Shown here: one piece after another, positions 7,556 to 17,913 of the stretch
Numbering within the stretch: the stretch's first letter is position 1
Layout: every line of letters begins with the position of its first letter
Notes under the pieces: generated by a model
What the model saw: the letters and a program-made list of their open reading frames with translations, nothing else
What the model was told of the DNA's origin: nothing
Database searches by the model: none
IMG/VR virus record: IMGVR_UViG_3300020388_000033
Location: 1 to 34,775 of that record
Direction: 5' to 3' (one strand)
Length of the DNA stretch: 34,775 nucleotides
Source: a virus
Taxonomy: Duplodnaviria > Caudoviricetes
Made by a program: the position numbers and the translations under genes

Positions 7556-8734
7556 ATGACTGCGATTACAGGACTGCGTGGGACTGGGCAATTCGGTACA
7601 GAATTTCGTCCCACCAATTATAGAGAGCTATTCACTCTCTTGGAGCCTAACGGAACAGCACCATTGCAAGCACTGCTATCAATGGCTGGTTCGGAGAGCA
7701 CAGACGACCCTAAGTATAATCACTTCAGGGACGAGCTTCCAGACAGAACAGTAACTGTCAACGGAGCAGTCGCATCGACAAGCACTACAGCAATTACGCT
7801 GGACAACGATGACGACGAAGCATTTATTGTTACGGGCACTATCTTACAAAACCAGACAACTGGTGAGATTATGCGAGCAACAGCAGATGCTAACCTAGCC
7901 GCTAATACAATAGCAGTTGAACGTAACATTGGTGGAACATCTCACCAAATTGCTGACGATGCTGTATTGGTTATTGCTGGACATGCCGACCAAGAAGGCG
8001 GGTCCGCACCAACAGCTATTAGCTTCGACCCAACCACAGACTTTAACTTTACGCAGATTTTCAAAACTGCCGTTCAAGTCAGTGGAACTCTCCAGAACAC
8101 ATATTTGCGTACTGGTGACAAAGAGCAAGAGCAACTCACAAAGGCACTCAAACTACACATGGGTGACATTGAGCGAGCTATGTTCTTTGGTAAAAGGCAT
8201 GAAGCAAATGGTACAACTGCAAGCCCAACACGTTACACTGGCGGTCTGTTAACACAGATTACTGACGTAACAGATGGTGCTTCTTTTGGTGCAACTGCAA
8301 ACACTATCACTGAGAAAGAGTTCGACAAACTGTTAATCGAAAACATTTTTGCTTTCGGTGGCTCAGAAAAAGTCGCATTCTGTGGTGCTAGAGTTATTTC
8401 CAACCTTATGGAAATCGGCAAAAATCGTTGGCAACCAACACAAATCGACAACGCTTATGGCGTATCACTAACACGATACACCACATACGCTGGCGACTTG
8501 TTGGTATACATGCACCCAATGTTCCGTCAGACAGGAATGACAGAAGAAATGATTATCCTAGATATGGCTGAGTTAAAGTTCCGTTACATGCAAGGACGTG
8601 ACACTCAACTTATCAGGGATGTTCAAGCTCCTGATTTCGATGGCGTAAAGCATATGTATATGACTGAGTGTGGACTTGAGATGACTCAAGCAAAAGTGCA
8701 CCATCGTATCAAAGGCTGGAACAAAGTCACATAA
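7556..8734 (+). CDS. Major capsid protein (HK97 fold; DUF5309/SU10-MCP-like with inserted beta domain)
   Basis: AAGGAGG RBS. Motifs N-x-TQIF-x3-V-x-VSGT, H-x2-DIE-RAM-x-FG, R-x-TGGL and E-x-GLE. Followed by an intrinsic terminator. Confidence 0.9.
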   Translation: MTAITGLRGTGQFGTEFRPTNYRELFTLLEPNGTAPLQALLSMAGSESTDDPKYNHFRDELPDRTVTVNGAVASTSTTAITLDNDDDEAFIVTGTILQNQTTGEIMRATADANLAANTIAVERNIGGTSHQIADDAVLVIAGHADQEGGSAPTAISFDPTTDFNFTQIFKTAVQVSGTLQNTYLRTGDKEQEQLTKALKLHMGDIERAMFFGKRHEANGTTASPTRYTGGLLTQITDVTDGASFGATANTITEKEFDKLLIENIFAFGGSEKVAFCGARVISNLMEIGKNRWQPTQIDNAYGVSLTRYTTYAGDLLVYMHPMFRQTGMTEEMIILDMAELKFRYMQGRDTQLIRDVQAPDFDGVKHMYMTECGLEMTQAKVHHRIKGWNKVT

Positions 8735-8766
8735 GGACGATTAAGGACTCCCCTTAATGTTAAGAT
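8735..8766 (+). promoter_or_regulatory. Putative promoter GGACGAT-N19-TAAGAT overlapping the capsid terminator
   Basis: Recurring motif starting at the first base after the MCP stop. The spacer also holds an ATTAAGG/CCTTAAT inverted repeat. Confidence 0.45.
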
Positions 8767-8794
8767 AAGGACGGCAACAGCCGTCCTTATTTTT
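8765..8794 (+). terminator. Rho-independent terminator after major capsid gene
   Basis: Perfect 11-bp stem ATAAGGACGGC / GCCGTCCTTAT with loop AACA, followed by a T run. Confidence 0.85.
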
Positions 8795-8807
8795 ATTGGA
8801 GGTAATA

Positions 8808-9188
8808 ATGGCAGAAAGAGCAAGGAACGACAAAGGTCAACTCATAGGAGATGACTTGAGCACACCTGAAGTAAACGAGGCTTGGGTAGGTGGCACAGCA
8901 CCAAGCAAGAGTGCAAAAGAGAAGGCATCAAACAATCGCAAGGTAGCTAAAGCACAAAAGGCTATTGAGAAATCAGCACCAAAAAATAGTCAGCGTAAAG
9001 AGCACACCATATACGTCTCAGCAGAGCCTCAAGTAATTAACAGAGAGACTGGTTTAAGGGGCGAGACATACAAAACATATTGGGATGAAGATAGGGAATA
9101 CAACATGTTTTCTATCAAACCTCAACATGTAGAGGCTTTTGAAATGCATGAGTTCTTTGTAAAAGGAATTTATATTAAAGAGGAGTAG
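8808..9188 (+). CDS. Hypothetical protein (RARNDKGQLIGDD.STP.VNEAW motif)
   Basis: GGAGG at 8798-8802 points to the ATG at 8808 rather than 8796. The N-terminal motif is recalled from marine phage ORFs. Confidence 0.75.
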   Translation: MAERARNDKGQLIGDDLSTPEVNEAWVGGTAPSKSAKEKASNNRKVAKAQKAIEKSAPKNSQRKEHTIYVSAEPQVINRETGLRGETYKTYWDEDREYNMFSIKPQHVEAFEMHEFFVKGIYIKEE

Positions 9189-9191
9189 AAA

Positions 9192-10013
9192 ATGAGCTAT
9201 CACACTGGCAGTAGCGGTTCTTCATCAGGCTCTAGTTCTAGCGGTTCCAGTTCCAGTTCTAGTTCTAGCAGTAGTAGTAGCGGTAGCAACGCAGTATCTA
9301 ACACTAATGCAAATGCTAGTGCGGCAAATGCTAGTAGTGGAAGTTCAGGAACAGGAAACTCTGGAGTAAACAGGGCATACGACAATATCACTGGTGCAAG
9401 ACCAGTAAATACAGACCCAGTTCACACAGACCCAGGCACTGGTAGAACTGATATGCCAGGTGCTCGTGACCTAAGAGACGTAATTGACGCAAACACAGAG
9501 CGTGAAATACGAACTACATGGCAAGAAGACTGGGATAAAGAAGAGGGTCGTAACAGGTATTCTGTAAACAATCCTCACATATCAGAGCCATATAGTGACC
9601 TGGAAGCACTCGTCTTTCAGGCTCTTCGTCGTTACGGAGATATGCACCCAGGCACTGTAGATGGCGAAGTCATGTTAATGTTTGTAGAGTTTGCCAACTT
9701 GGTTATCGAAGACTTACGGGGTCATGTGTACTGGGACAATCCTGAGATTGACTACTACACACATCCACAACAACAACGAGCAATACCAGACTCAATAATG
9801 GTTTCAGGTTTGCTTTATCACTACTCAGTTCAGCAACAATCGAATAAGATTGAGGCGTATGGACCGATGTATTTTAAAATGATGAACAGAATTTTGTATC
9901 AGAGAAAGTATGGCTCTGGTCCAATAGAGATGTCTCCTTGGGACAAATCTGTTACACCGACTGGTTCACAGCCATATGATGCAAGGAGAGATGGGAAAAG
10001 GACTAACTACTAA
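9192..10013 (+). CDS. Putative head-tail adaptor (tail tubular A/gatekeeper-like) with Ser/Gly low-complexity N-terminus
   Basis: GAGGAG RBS. The C-terminal ~140 aa is a helical domain (LV..ALRR...FAN.VI.DL...W) directly upstream of the nozzle gene. Confidence 0.55.
   Translation: MSYHTGSSGSSSGSSSSGSSSSSSSSSSSSGSNAVSNTNANASAANASSGSSGTGNSGVNRAYDNITGARPVNTDPVHTDPGTGRTDMPGARDLRDVIDANTEREIRTTWQEDWDKEEGRNRYSVNNPHISEPYSDLEALVFQALRRYGDMHPGTVDGEVMLMFVEFANLVIEDLRGHVYWDNPEIDYYTHPQQQRAIPDSIMVSGLLYHYSVQQQSNKIEAYGPMYFKMMNRILYQRKYGSGPIEMSPWDKSVTPTGSQPYDARRDGKRTNY
9207..9365 (+). repeat. Low-complexity Ser/Gly-coding tract (AGTTCT/AGTAGT-type repeats)
   Basis: Encodes GSSGSSSGSSSSGSSSSSSSSSSSSGS...ASSGSSGTGNSG. 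Confidence 0.8.
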
Positions 10014-11935
10014 TGTCAACTACATACGCACCATCAGGCGTAAAGACGAAGATATATCCCTACGAAGACTTCCAGGGAATTGATGCTTCACGAGACAAAG
10101 GTGCATTAGACACTGGTCAGAAGCAACACTTGATATCAATCGTCAATGGTTACGCAGACTTTCGTGGCTCTATAGTTAGAGACCCAGGAGCAACACAACG
10201 AACAACAGGCGACGCACTTATAAAGCACGTTGCCTTCTTTGGTCGTGACTTAGCTGTTTGGGCACAAAAAGATGGGGGCGGCACAACGTTGAAGTCAGAA
10301 CGTAGTCTTGCAAACCCACAAAGAGTCATTGACTTAAAACTAAAGTCAGACAATTCAGGCGTAGAAACAGACACTAGCGGGACCTACAGACCTACTGGAA
10401 CTCTTGTTTATTACACAATAACATACGAAACAGTTGCCAATTATCCAGACATGACATCATTTGTTTGGGGAGTTCCATCAACTGGCACACCAGTTTACAG
10501 CATAGAAGTTGCTTTTGACAAAACATACACACCTGTTCCTCTTACAGTTAACGGAACACTAAAAGCATCAATAGACTTTGTTTACAACAAGGTAACCATA
10601 AAGAATCAAGGCGGCACAGCCGCAGATGACTTCACAGCCTTTTACGATTGGATAGTCGCACAGCAATCAAATGGGACTCAGCAAGATTATTACATATTTG
10701 GACGCAGAGTAGATGTGTCTCCTCAATCTGGCTCACACCAAACAACAGAAGTTTATCCTCAGTCTGCCATTGTTACGACTACTGTTTACAACAACAAAGT
10801 TATATTCGCATCACGAGACTTCCCAATGTATTCATACGATGGGTTCCGTTTCAAAGAAATAACAGCCTCATCAGACCCAAGACCAGCCTACGTCGTGTCT
10901 GTTCAACGACGATTAGCTACTGCTGGACAGCCAGGACGACGAACAATCATTGATTTTAGTCGTGTAGATACAGAAGATGTCTTCACATTGGACGAAGATG
11001 TTAGTGCTGTTCAAGTAACTCAAGCCTCAGACATTGATGTGGCAAACGTTATTGGTACTGCTGACGAGATAAGAGGGCTAGGAGTGTTTGAAAACTCACG
11101 ACTAGCGGTGTTTACATTCGACCAAGTGCTTGTATATCAGCTACATCCTAACTACACGCTATGGCAAATAGACGATAAAGCTAACATTAAGGTTGGTTTG
11201 ATTAGCCATAACACCATTGCACAGGCTGGTTCAGACCTTTTGTTCTGCTCAAGAGACGGCGTACACTCCCTTCGACGCTCAGAAACCAATGGTGTCACCA
11301 TCTTTACCATACCAATGTCCAATAAAATTGACCTGATATACAGAGAATACCTAAAATCTGTTGGTGACTTTGAAGAAATAAATGCATTCTTTGACCAAGA
11401 CGAGGGTCAATACCATATATTCTTTCCTCAATCAGACCAGCTTTCACGGAGATTAACTCTCACACTGAACCCACAAGTAGGTGGTGAAAGCAAATGGTCT
11501 TCTGGTGACTTCTTAAATACAAGATGTGCCAAAACGCTAGGCGGTGTAACGCTTCTAGGAACCCCTGGCGGTATATGGGAACAGAATAAAATCGAGGATG
11601 TGGTTCAGTACAGCCCAGAAATGGTCGTAGCCACACCCATACTGTGGCAAGGTGCCATCAACGATATCAAAGAAAGTTACAGCTTTATCTTACAAGCCAC
11701 TGGTAAAGGAGAGCTTCAGGTAGAGTCCTTTGATGAGCGTGGTAGATACCTGTCTTCTATGCAATTTTTAATAGAAGATGACGGAGCGGACGACAAATTC
11801 CCCGATGTGCCGTTAAGTAGACAGTATGAAAGAAAATTTGAACATCGTTATCGTGGCGTACAGTTTCGTTTTACGACTAGCGGTAAAGGACTCCTAAAGA
11901 TTATAGGGTTCGCAGTAGCAGTGAGGACAGGATAA
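10013..11935 (+). CDS. Tail nozzle / DNA stabilisation protein (P22 gp10 / T7 gp12-like)
   Basis: 640-aa beta-rich protein with N-terminal F-x-GI and R-x-PG motifs, plus DEIRGL, G-x-IS-x-NTI and LLF-x-S-x-DGV-x-SL propeller-type motifs. Its position follows the adaptor. Confidence 0.75.
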   Translation: MSTTYAPSGVKTKIYPYEDFQGIDASRDKGALDTGQKQHLISIVNGYADFRGSIVRDPGATQRTTGDALIKHVAFFGRDLAVWAQKDGGGTTLKSERSLANPQRVIDLKLKSDNSGVETDTSGTYRPTGTLVYYTITYETVANYPDMTSFVWGVPSTGTPVYSIEVAFDKTYTPVPLTVNGTLKASIDFVYNKVTIKNQGGTAADDFTAFYDWIVAQQSNGTQQDYYIFGRRVDVSPQSGSHQTTEVYPQSAIVTTTVYNNKVIFASRDFPMYSYDGFRFKEITASSDPRPAYVVSVQRRLATAGQPGRRTIIDFSRVDTEDVFTLDEDVSAVQVTQASDIDVANVIGTADEIRGLGVFENSRLAVFTFDQVLVYQLHPNYTLWQIDDKANIKVGLISHNTIAQAGSDLLFCSRDGVHSLRRSETNGVTIFTIPMSNKIDLIYREYLKSVGDFEEINAFFDQDEGQYHIFFPQSDQLSRRLTLTLNPQVGGESKWSSGDFLNTRCAKTLGGVTLLGTPGGIWEQNKIEDVVQYSPEMVVATPILWQGAINDIKESYSFILQATGKGELQVESFDERGRYLSSMQFLIEDDGADDKFPDVPLSRQYERKFEHRYRGVQFRFTTSGKGLLKIIGFAVAVRTG

Positions 11936-13773
11936 TGGCTAGATTAAGGCAACAACACCCACAAAACTATGTAAATAGTGGGAACATTCATACCGACTTT
12001 GAGAATCTCATTCGGTATGTCAACTCAGCCGAGCTTGGAAACAAGACAATTGGCGAGTTGTTTGCAATCTTATTCAACGAGGAAGGGGTCTTTCGTGGTC
12101 CAATCCAGATGAGGCAAGATGTGAATACTGGTATCCAGTACCGAGTAGGTCAGTACGCTGACGACGAAAGTGGTTGGATTACGATTGCTAACATCGCAGA
12201 CCTTAGAGGAACTGCTGGTTCATCCGTTGGTAATGTTGAAGGTCCTTTCTTCTTTAACAGGCAAGACTTTGAGATAGGCTCTACAGTTACTGCAATCACA
12301 GTAAGTGCTGGAGGAACTGGATATACTGCGGCACCGACTGCTACAATCAGTGCACCTAACGATACGACGAACGGAGTTCAAGCTACAGCAACTGCTACCA
12401 TAGATGCCAATGGAGTTGTGGATGCAATAACAGTTGGAACTGCTGGCTCTGGTTATTCAACTGCCCCTACTGTCACCCTCACTGGCGGTAATGGTACTGG
12501 AGCTACAGCCACATCTACAATTGGAACGCCGAACGCAGTTGTCCCTTACACATTCGACGCAAGCACAGAGAACATCGTAGTTTATAGGAATGGACTGCTA
12601 CTCCATGACGCTACTACTGGTGGAACTGCGGCACAATACACATACAGCACAGCGAATAACACAGTCACAATCGGTAACGTTACACCAGCACTGGCTAACG
12701 CAGATAAGATATCCATATACTCTATTCGTTCTCAGGCTGTTACAAACTTTAGACGAGTGGACAATGAGATAAGCGGTGCAACAACACTGGTATCATTTGT
12801 GCACACTACAGACGAAAAGCTCTTAGTCTTCAGGAACGGAGTTCTTCAAGAAGAAGGTGGTACTGCTGACTACTTAGCATCATCTGCCGCTTCAACAATC
12901 ACATTCTTGGATACAAACAACCAGCTAACAACTGGTGACAAGGTGACAATCATTACTGTTGAGAACACATCTGTGAAAACAGTTGCTGGTCTTATGTTTG
13001 AAGACGAATACACAGACGCAAATGGATACATCCAATACTCAAAACTTTCAGTTACAGACAACCAGATTCCTCAGATAAAGGTATCGAATCTTTCTACGTC
13101 GTTAGCTAACAAAGCAAACATTGTAAACTCTTTGACGGCACCTACAGCACCAGTAACTGGAGACTTATGGCTTGATACATCTCAGGTTCCAGCGGTTCTG
13201 AAGTTCTACGACGGAACACAGTTCCTCAATACTTCACCTGAAAGCTCACTTCCTACGTTCTTACAAACAAATGCAAGTCAGTACGTCAGGGTGAATGGAA
13301 CTGGTACAGCACTAGAGTATGGCGACATTGACTTCTCAGCCCTAGTTCCAAAGACGTACATGGGTGCGGCTAATGGTGTAGCGACTCTTGATACATCTGG
13401 TAAAATGCCACCGAGTCAGCTACCAGAAACATTCTCAACAGTTACCATACCATTCTTTAGCGTATGGGAACAAAGCGGTGCCACAGTCACAAACAAAACT
13501 TACTTTGTTCAAAGACTATTTAAGCAAACAATACGAATAGATGGGCTTGCGTTTAAACTATCGGGCGGTACATGTACTATTCAGCTTTCCGTAGATGGTG
13601 TTGCGGTTGGCTCAACATATAGCGTATCGACCACTGCGTCTCAGCAAAACCTAACGACAATCATTGAGATTGATGCTACAAGTGTGGGTAGACGACTAGA
13701 ACTTGTAGTCACGAATGCTTCGTCGGCAACATCACTTGAGGTAGGAATAGCGGCGGCTACAGTTAACGTTTAG
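11935..13773 (+). CDS. Tail fibre / virion structural protein
   Basis: Thr/Gly-rich. Repeated ITV..(G/A)G.GY..APT, duplicated V(Y/F)RNG.L...Y......T(V/I)T.....L...DK(I/V) domains, and P..GDLWLDT...LK.YDG and [12 protein letters not shown] motifs typical of fibres. Confidence 0.75.
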   Translation: MARLRQQHPQNYVNSGNIHTDFENLIRYVNSAELGNKTIGELFAILFNEEGVFRGPIQMRQDVNTGIQYRVGQYADDESGWITIANIADLRGTAGSSVGNVEGPFFFNRQDFEIGSTVTAITVSAGGTGYTAAPTATISAPNDTTNGVQATATATIDANGVVDAITVGTAGSGYSTAPTVTLTGGNGTGATATSTIGTPNAVVPYTFDASTENIVVYRNGLLLHDATTGGTAAQYTYSTANNTVTIGNVTPALANADKISIYSIRSQAVTNFRRVDNEISGATTLVSFVHTTDEKLLVFRNGVLQEEGGTADYLASSAASTITFLDTNNQLTTGDKVTIITVENTSVKTVAGLMFEDEYTDANGYIQYSKLSVTDNQIPQIKVSNLSTSLANKANIVNSLTAPTAPVTGDLWLDTSQVPAVLKFYDGTQFLNTSPESSLPTFLQTNASQYVRVNGTGTALEYGDIDFSALVPKTYMGAANGVATLDTSGKMPPSQLPETFSTVTIPFFSVWEQSGATVTNKTYFVQRLFKQTIRIDGLAFKLSGGTCTIQLSVDGVAVGSTYSVSTTASQQNLTTIIEIDATSVGRRLELVVTNASSATSLEVGIAAATVNV

Positions 13774-13782
13774 GAGGGAACA

Positions 13783-14715
13783 ATGAATTTTGACAAGATA
13801 CCCTCAAGACAAGACTTGGAGGAGTTGTATCACAAAGCGAACATGCGTGGTGTGGACAACAACATTTCTTACACAACCGATGGTGAGTTTGTAGTTCCAA
13901 AGCCTGTCATGGAGAAGTTCCCAGCTATGGCGGCTGGGATAATGCAAGCTACAGCACAAGAAGGCTTGGACCCAGAACAATACTTAGTCGGAAGCGACAA
14001 AGGTGTTTACAATCCAGAGACAGGTGCACAAGAATTTGGTCACGTTTGGTATCACTTTGAATTAGATGACCTTCAGAAAACTATCAGCAACGTAGGCAAG
14101 AGCCTAGTAGATAACGTTAAAAAAAATTACGACGAATTTTTAGAAGCTCCCTTAGACAACAGAGTTGTTCAAGGAAGTTTAGCCGCTCTTGGTTCTGGAG
14201 CAGTTGCAAAATTAGCTGGTGCAAGCAATGACCAAGCAATTCAAACAGCAATTGGTGGTGGTCTAGCATATGGTGCTTTGCCGTCTAGTACAAAAAAGAA
14301 CCCAATAACAACGGCTGATAGAGTGTTCGCTGGTTTGGCTGGAGCTTATGGAGCCTATTCAGGTTACCAACCTCCATTAGAAGACGAGCCTATTCAAGGA
14401 GCAAACAATCCAGTACCGACGAACTATGCAGACATACTTGATACTGCACCAGTTGCTGGGTTTGACCAAAACGAACAAGCAAACGTATCACTTGGCTTGC
14501 CATCAAAGGTTGCCCCAGCACCATTCACAAGCATGGATGAGACACCAGATGGGGTTAACTACAAGAGAAAAGTAAAAGATAGAAAGACTGGAGCATTTAA
14601 CTATGTAGACTCCGCACCTACCAGTAGTTTTGGTAGGAACGTAAACACAGAAGGAAGACGTGGAGGGTTATCAAAAGGCTTTGGTTCAAAGGTTTTATAT
14701 ATAGATGACCAATGA
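13783..14715 (+). CDS. Putative internal virion (ejection) protein
   Basis: AGGAGG RBS. GEFVVP...Y.VG.....NPETG..EF motif and Gly/Ala-rich hydrophobic segments. Confidence 0.55.
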   Translation: MNFDKIPSRQDLEELYHKANMRGVDNNISYTTDGEFVVPKPVMEKFPAMAAGIMQATAQEGLDPEQYLVGSDKGVYNPETGAQEFGHVWYHFELDDLQKTISNVGKSLVDNVKKNYDEFLEAPLDNRVVQGSLAALGSGAVAKLAGASNDQAIQTAIGGGLAYGALPSSTKKNPITTADRVFAGLAGAYGAYSGYQPPLEDEPIQGANNPVPTNYADILDTAPVAGFDQNEQANVSLGLPSKVAPAPFTSMDETPDGVNYKRKVKDRKTGAFNYVDSAPTSSFGRNVNTEGRRGGLSKGFGSKVLYIDDQ

Positions 14716-15169
14716 TTTTAGAATAAGGAAGGCAGAGTTAGAAGATGTGGGGCGTTGTGTTGATTTGGCTAAACAGTTCCATGCCACCTCATACTGGGGG
14801 AGCAGAGCGTTTAGCCAAGAAAAGGTTGAAGCGTATGCAGAGTGGGTTATTAGAAACCCAAAACGGCTTGTCCTTGTGTCGGAAAACAAAGAAGAAATAT
14901 ACGGGTTCTTCGTTGCTAGTTGGAATGAAATGTTTTTTACAGATGAAAGAGTCAGCGACGAAGAAGTATTGTGGGTGCAAGAAGGGTCTGGAACTGTGTG
15001 GACTATGAGAGAGTTTTTTAAAGAGTGGGAAAAGTGGGCTAAAGAGAATGGCTGTTCTCTTATCTTTTTTAATCCTACATCTCATGGAGAACTTGCAAGT
15101 AAATGGAATAAGTTTATGGGAAGATATGGCTACGACGTAGCTGGTGCTTCGTATAGAAAGGAGTTGTAA
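14705..15169 (+). CDS. GNAT-fold acyltransferase-like protein
   Basis: IRKA...D...(helix)...LVLVSE....IYGF....LWV.........E.WAKENGC...(F)..RYGY follows the GNAT topology. The acyl-CoA motif A looks degenerate. Confidence 0.75.
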   Translation: MTNDFRIRKAELEDVGRCVDLAKQFHATSYWGSRAFSQEKVEAYAEWVIRNPKRLVLVSENKEEIYGFFVASWNEMFFTDERVSDEEVLWVQEGSGTVWTMREFFKEWEKWAKENGCSLIFFNPTSHGELASKWNKFMGRYGYDVAGASYRKEL

Positions 15170-17013
15170 TGGGTGGCTCTCCATCAAATGACGACGATAG
15201 CCCAGGTGCAAACATTCCTACTTCTAAGGAAGAGTACGAAGAGGCTGTGGGAGGTTACACTCCTAACGACGAAGGTAAAAAAGATTACGACAACTCTAAT
15301 GCAAAAGGGTCTGACGAGGACTTGGCTTATGAGTCGGGCGACTTTGATATCTCCAACTACGACTACAGTGATTTTGGAGATGATTACGACCCCGAATCTA
15401 ACAGTGACAAAGGAGGAGGCTGGGAACCAGGGGACAAAGTTCCAAGCCCTGGAGTCTACAATGCTTACAACAACACATATACAGTTGATGGCAACGTCGT
15501 AACAAAAGAAGAATACGATGCAAACCAAGCGGCTAGAGAAGATTTTGTAAACACCGCATCTGATGACACCAACACTAACTTTCAAGAAGCATATGCTGAA
15601 GAGATGATGAGGAGTGATGGTCGTAATCCTAACGACGATAACTACAAAGAGGACTTTGATACCTATAAGAGTCAGGCTCAAGATTATTATAATGACAACA
15701 AAGTAACTAATGAAAAATTAAATGAGCTTGTAAACGACCCTTCTTATCAGAAGCTGGATTATCAAACACAAGAAGACCTAAAGATGGGTCTTGGCTCTAA
15801 CAATAAGCAAATGCAAACAGATGCCATAAAAGCTCTCGGCGAGTTTCTAGGAGATGGCAGAAGGCAAAACGACCCTGGCTTCAAAAGCATGCTTAGTAGT
15901 TTGCTTGGCGGCAAAGGCAACATAAATGAGCTTCAGGGATATGGGCAACTTTCACCTCAAGAGTATGGTCAAGCCTTGGTTGACGGGCTGAATCAAGGTT
16001 CTGGTATAGATATAACAGGACTAGGTTCAGGATTTGATTTGCCAGGCGACATGTTTGACTTCGATGGGTTTAAAGCATTCCAAGGCGTAGGTGGTACAAC
16101 ATATGGAATTGATGCTAATGGAAACATCACTGTTCAAACAGGCGGAAATAATCTTGCTTCTAAAGGGGTAAATATTGGAACATCTCTTTTAGCCGCTAAA
16201 ACTGGCGGTACTTCTGGGTTGCTTATGGGCGGGTTAGACACAAACATCGGTGTGCAAAGTATCAACGACTTCCTTGGTCTTGCTAAAGGGCAAAACCTTG
16301 GTAGCATGAAGCAAGGCGTAAACGTTAGGTTTGACCCAGCTTCAGTTGCCGCAAACTACCTCGGTGGCAAAATCATGGATAAAAACATGATGAGCATAGC
16401 CAAAAATGTTTTTGACGCAAGTGGTGGCAACAAGAACCTTACAATGGGTGCTGTTGCGGGTGCCGATATGCTAACAAAAGAAGCAATATCAAAAGCAGTG
16501 GAATCACTAGATTTAAATAAAATAGACTTACTTGGTAATAGCACTGAGTCTCCTACTGCTGGAGGAGGCGGAAACACTAAAGCCAATGTAAACATTAGCT
16601 CAAGTGGCGAAACATCTACCGCACAATCAGATTTAAAGTCTGGCTCTGGATTGACCCCAGATGTGGCTGGAGAAACTCAGCTATCTCAAAACCTTAAAAG
16701 CTCAAATCAAAGCAGTAAGGGTGGAAATTACAACGACGATGGCGGAAACGACGATGCTAGGTCCGATTTCTTAAAAGCAATGCCAGAAACCTTAGATGTA
16801 AACACATTACAGAACTTAAACACTGTAAACACAACGCCTTTAACGACGATGAACAACGATGCATCTTTGATGATGAACTCTATAGGCAAGTCGTTTGGTG
16901 GGAGATATCTACAAAGAGGACGAAACAGAGACACAGGAAGTGTTACAACTAAAAGAGCAAGTCAAAGAGATGTCGATAAAGACAGACGACGCTCTGGAAT
17001 ACTATTTGGATAG
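15169..17013 (+). CDS. Putative internal virion (ejection) protein with acidic N-terminal region
   Basis: AAGGAG RBS and TAATG coupling. D/E/N/Y-rich N-terminus and Gly-rich middle; located in the ejection-protein block. Confidence 0.6.
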   Translation: MGGSPSNDDDSPGANIPTSKEEYEEAVGGYTPNDEGKKDYDNSNAKGSDEDLAYESGDFDISNYDYSDFGDDYDPESNSDKGGGWEPGDKVPSPGVYNAYNNTYTVDGNVVTKEEYDANQAAREDFVNTASDDTNTNFQEAYAEEMMRSDGRNPNDDNYKEDFDTYKSQAQDYYNDNKVTNEKLNELVNDPSYQKLDYQTQEDLKMGLGSNNKQMQTDAIKALGEFLGDGRRQNDPGFKSMLSSLLGGKGNINELQGYGQLSPQEYGQALVDGLNQGSGIDITGLGSGFDLPGDMFDFDGFKAFQGVGGTTYGIDANGNITVQTGGNNLASKGVNIGTSLLAAKTGGTSGLLMGGLDTNIGVQSINDFLGLAKGQNLGSMKQGVNVRFDPASVAANYLGGKIMDKNMMSIAKNVFDASGGNKNLTMGAVAGADMLTKEAISKAVESLDLNKIDLLGNSTESPTAGGGGNTKANVNISSSGETSTAQSDLKSGSGLTPDVAGETQLSQNLKSSNQSSKGGNYNDDGGNDDARSDFLKAMPETLDVNTLQNLNTVNTTPLTTMNNDASLMMNSIGKSFGGRYLQRGRNRDTGSVTTKRASQRDVDKDRRRSGILFG

Positions 17014-17022
17014 GAGGCACAT

Positions 17023-17904
17023 ATGGGACAATCAGCAAGCGATGGACCAGGTAACAGCGAAAGCCAGAACCAAGCGGAAGCGGCTTTTCTTGGACCTGAT
17101 GATTACCAGAAGGTAAACTACAATCTTGATACTCCAACCCAAAAAGAACAGGGTTACAGAATGGAGTTGAATCAACAAGGTCGTGCAAAGACTGGTGAGT
17201 CAGACGATGGTAATCAAAGCGATGGTCCTGATGGTAACTATACACCAAAAGGTGCAAACCTAGATGGTCCAGTTAAACCACAGAACTTGCCAAAGGAAAA
17301 ACAGATTACAGATTTCCTTAGTGAAAGTCAGGCAAACGAATATCAAATGGGAACAAGAGTTGGTGCTGAAGGTCCAGGCAGTTTCCTTGGAGACGCAGAC
17401 TCTGTTATGGGCAGTGCTTTAGGTGCGGCTCTAGGCGGCGGTATGGGATTCCAAGCGGCACAAAGTCCTTTTGACCCTAAGAACAGAGGTAGATTTTTAA
17501 AACAACAAGACCAAGGAATGGAAACAGGTTCAGACTCAACAGTTGACATGCAAGGTGGAACAGCAACTCCAGGTGGAGAAGTCGGCGTGGGTCAACAAGG
17601 ATTTGGAGCAAGAGCATTGGGTGGTAGTGACCAAGTTGTAGAAAATATGGCACCCCCAGGTGCAGAGCAAACTGACCAAGTTGCGTCTCAAGCACAGCCT
17701 GATTTACAGCCAGACCCCAATGTTCCTCCACTTACTCCTCAACAAGCAGTGGTTCCCGACGTAAACTACGTCTTACCTACTGCTGGGCAACAACAGGTAA
17801 TTGCTTTTTCACCTAATGACCCAAGGGCTGTGTTTACTGCTCGTGGACCATTGTCTCGTAATCTGATTAGTGAGCGAAGCGGTTTCGGAAGAAAGTTTTT
17901 ATAG
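17023..17904 (+). CDS. Putative internal virion protein (G/Q/P-rich, largely disordered)
   Basis: AGGAGG RBS; MGSALGAALGGGMG glycine-zipper-like segment. Confidence 0.6.
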   Translation: MGQSASDGPGNSESQNQAEAAFLGPDDYQKVNYNLDTPTQKEQGYRMELNQQGRAKTGESDDGNQSDGPDGNYTPKGANLDGPVKPQNLPKEKQITDFLSESQANEYQMGTRVGAEGPGSFLGDADSVMGSALGAALGGGMGFQAAQSPFDPKNRGRFLKQQDQGMETGSDSTVDMQGGTATPGGEVGVGQQGFGARALGGSDQVVENMAPPGAEQTDQVASQAQPDLQPDPNVPPLTPQQAVVPDVNYVLPTAGQQQVIAFSPNDPRAVFTARGPLSRNLISERSGFGRKFL

Positions 17905-17913
17905 GGGTGACAG

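Noticed and set aside
7917-8252. Other + strand alternate-frame ORFs (for example 7917, 10648, 14745, 15173, 33591)
   Set aside because: They are fully nested in real genes, with no coupling to neighbours and no motif, unlike the ORF ending at 18865.
8700-8760. Programmed frameshift extension of the capsid protein (T7 10B-like)
   Set aside because: No slippery heptamer near the stop, and a terminator follows closely.
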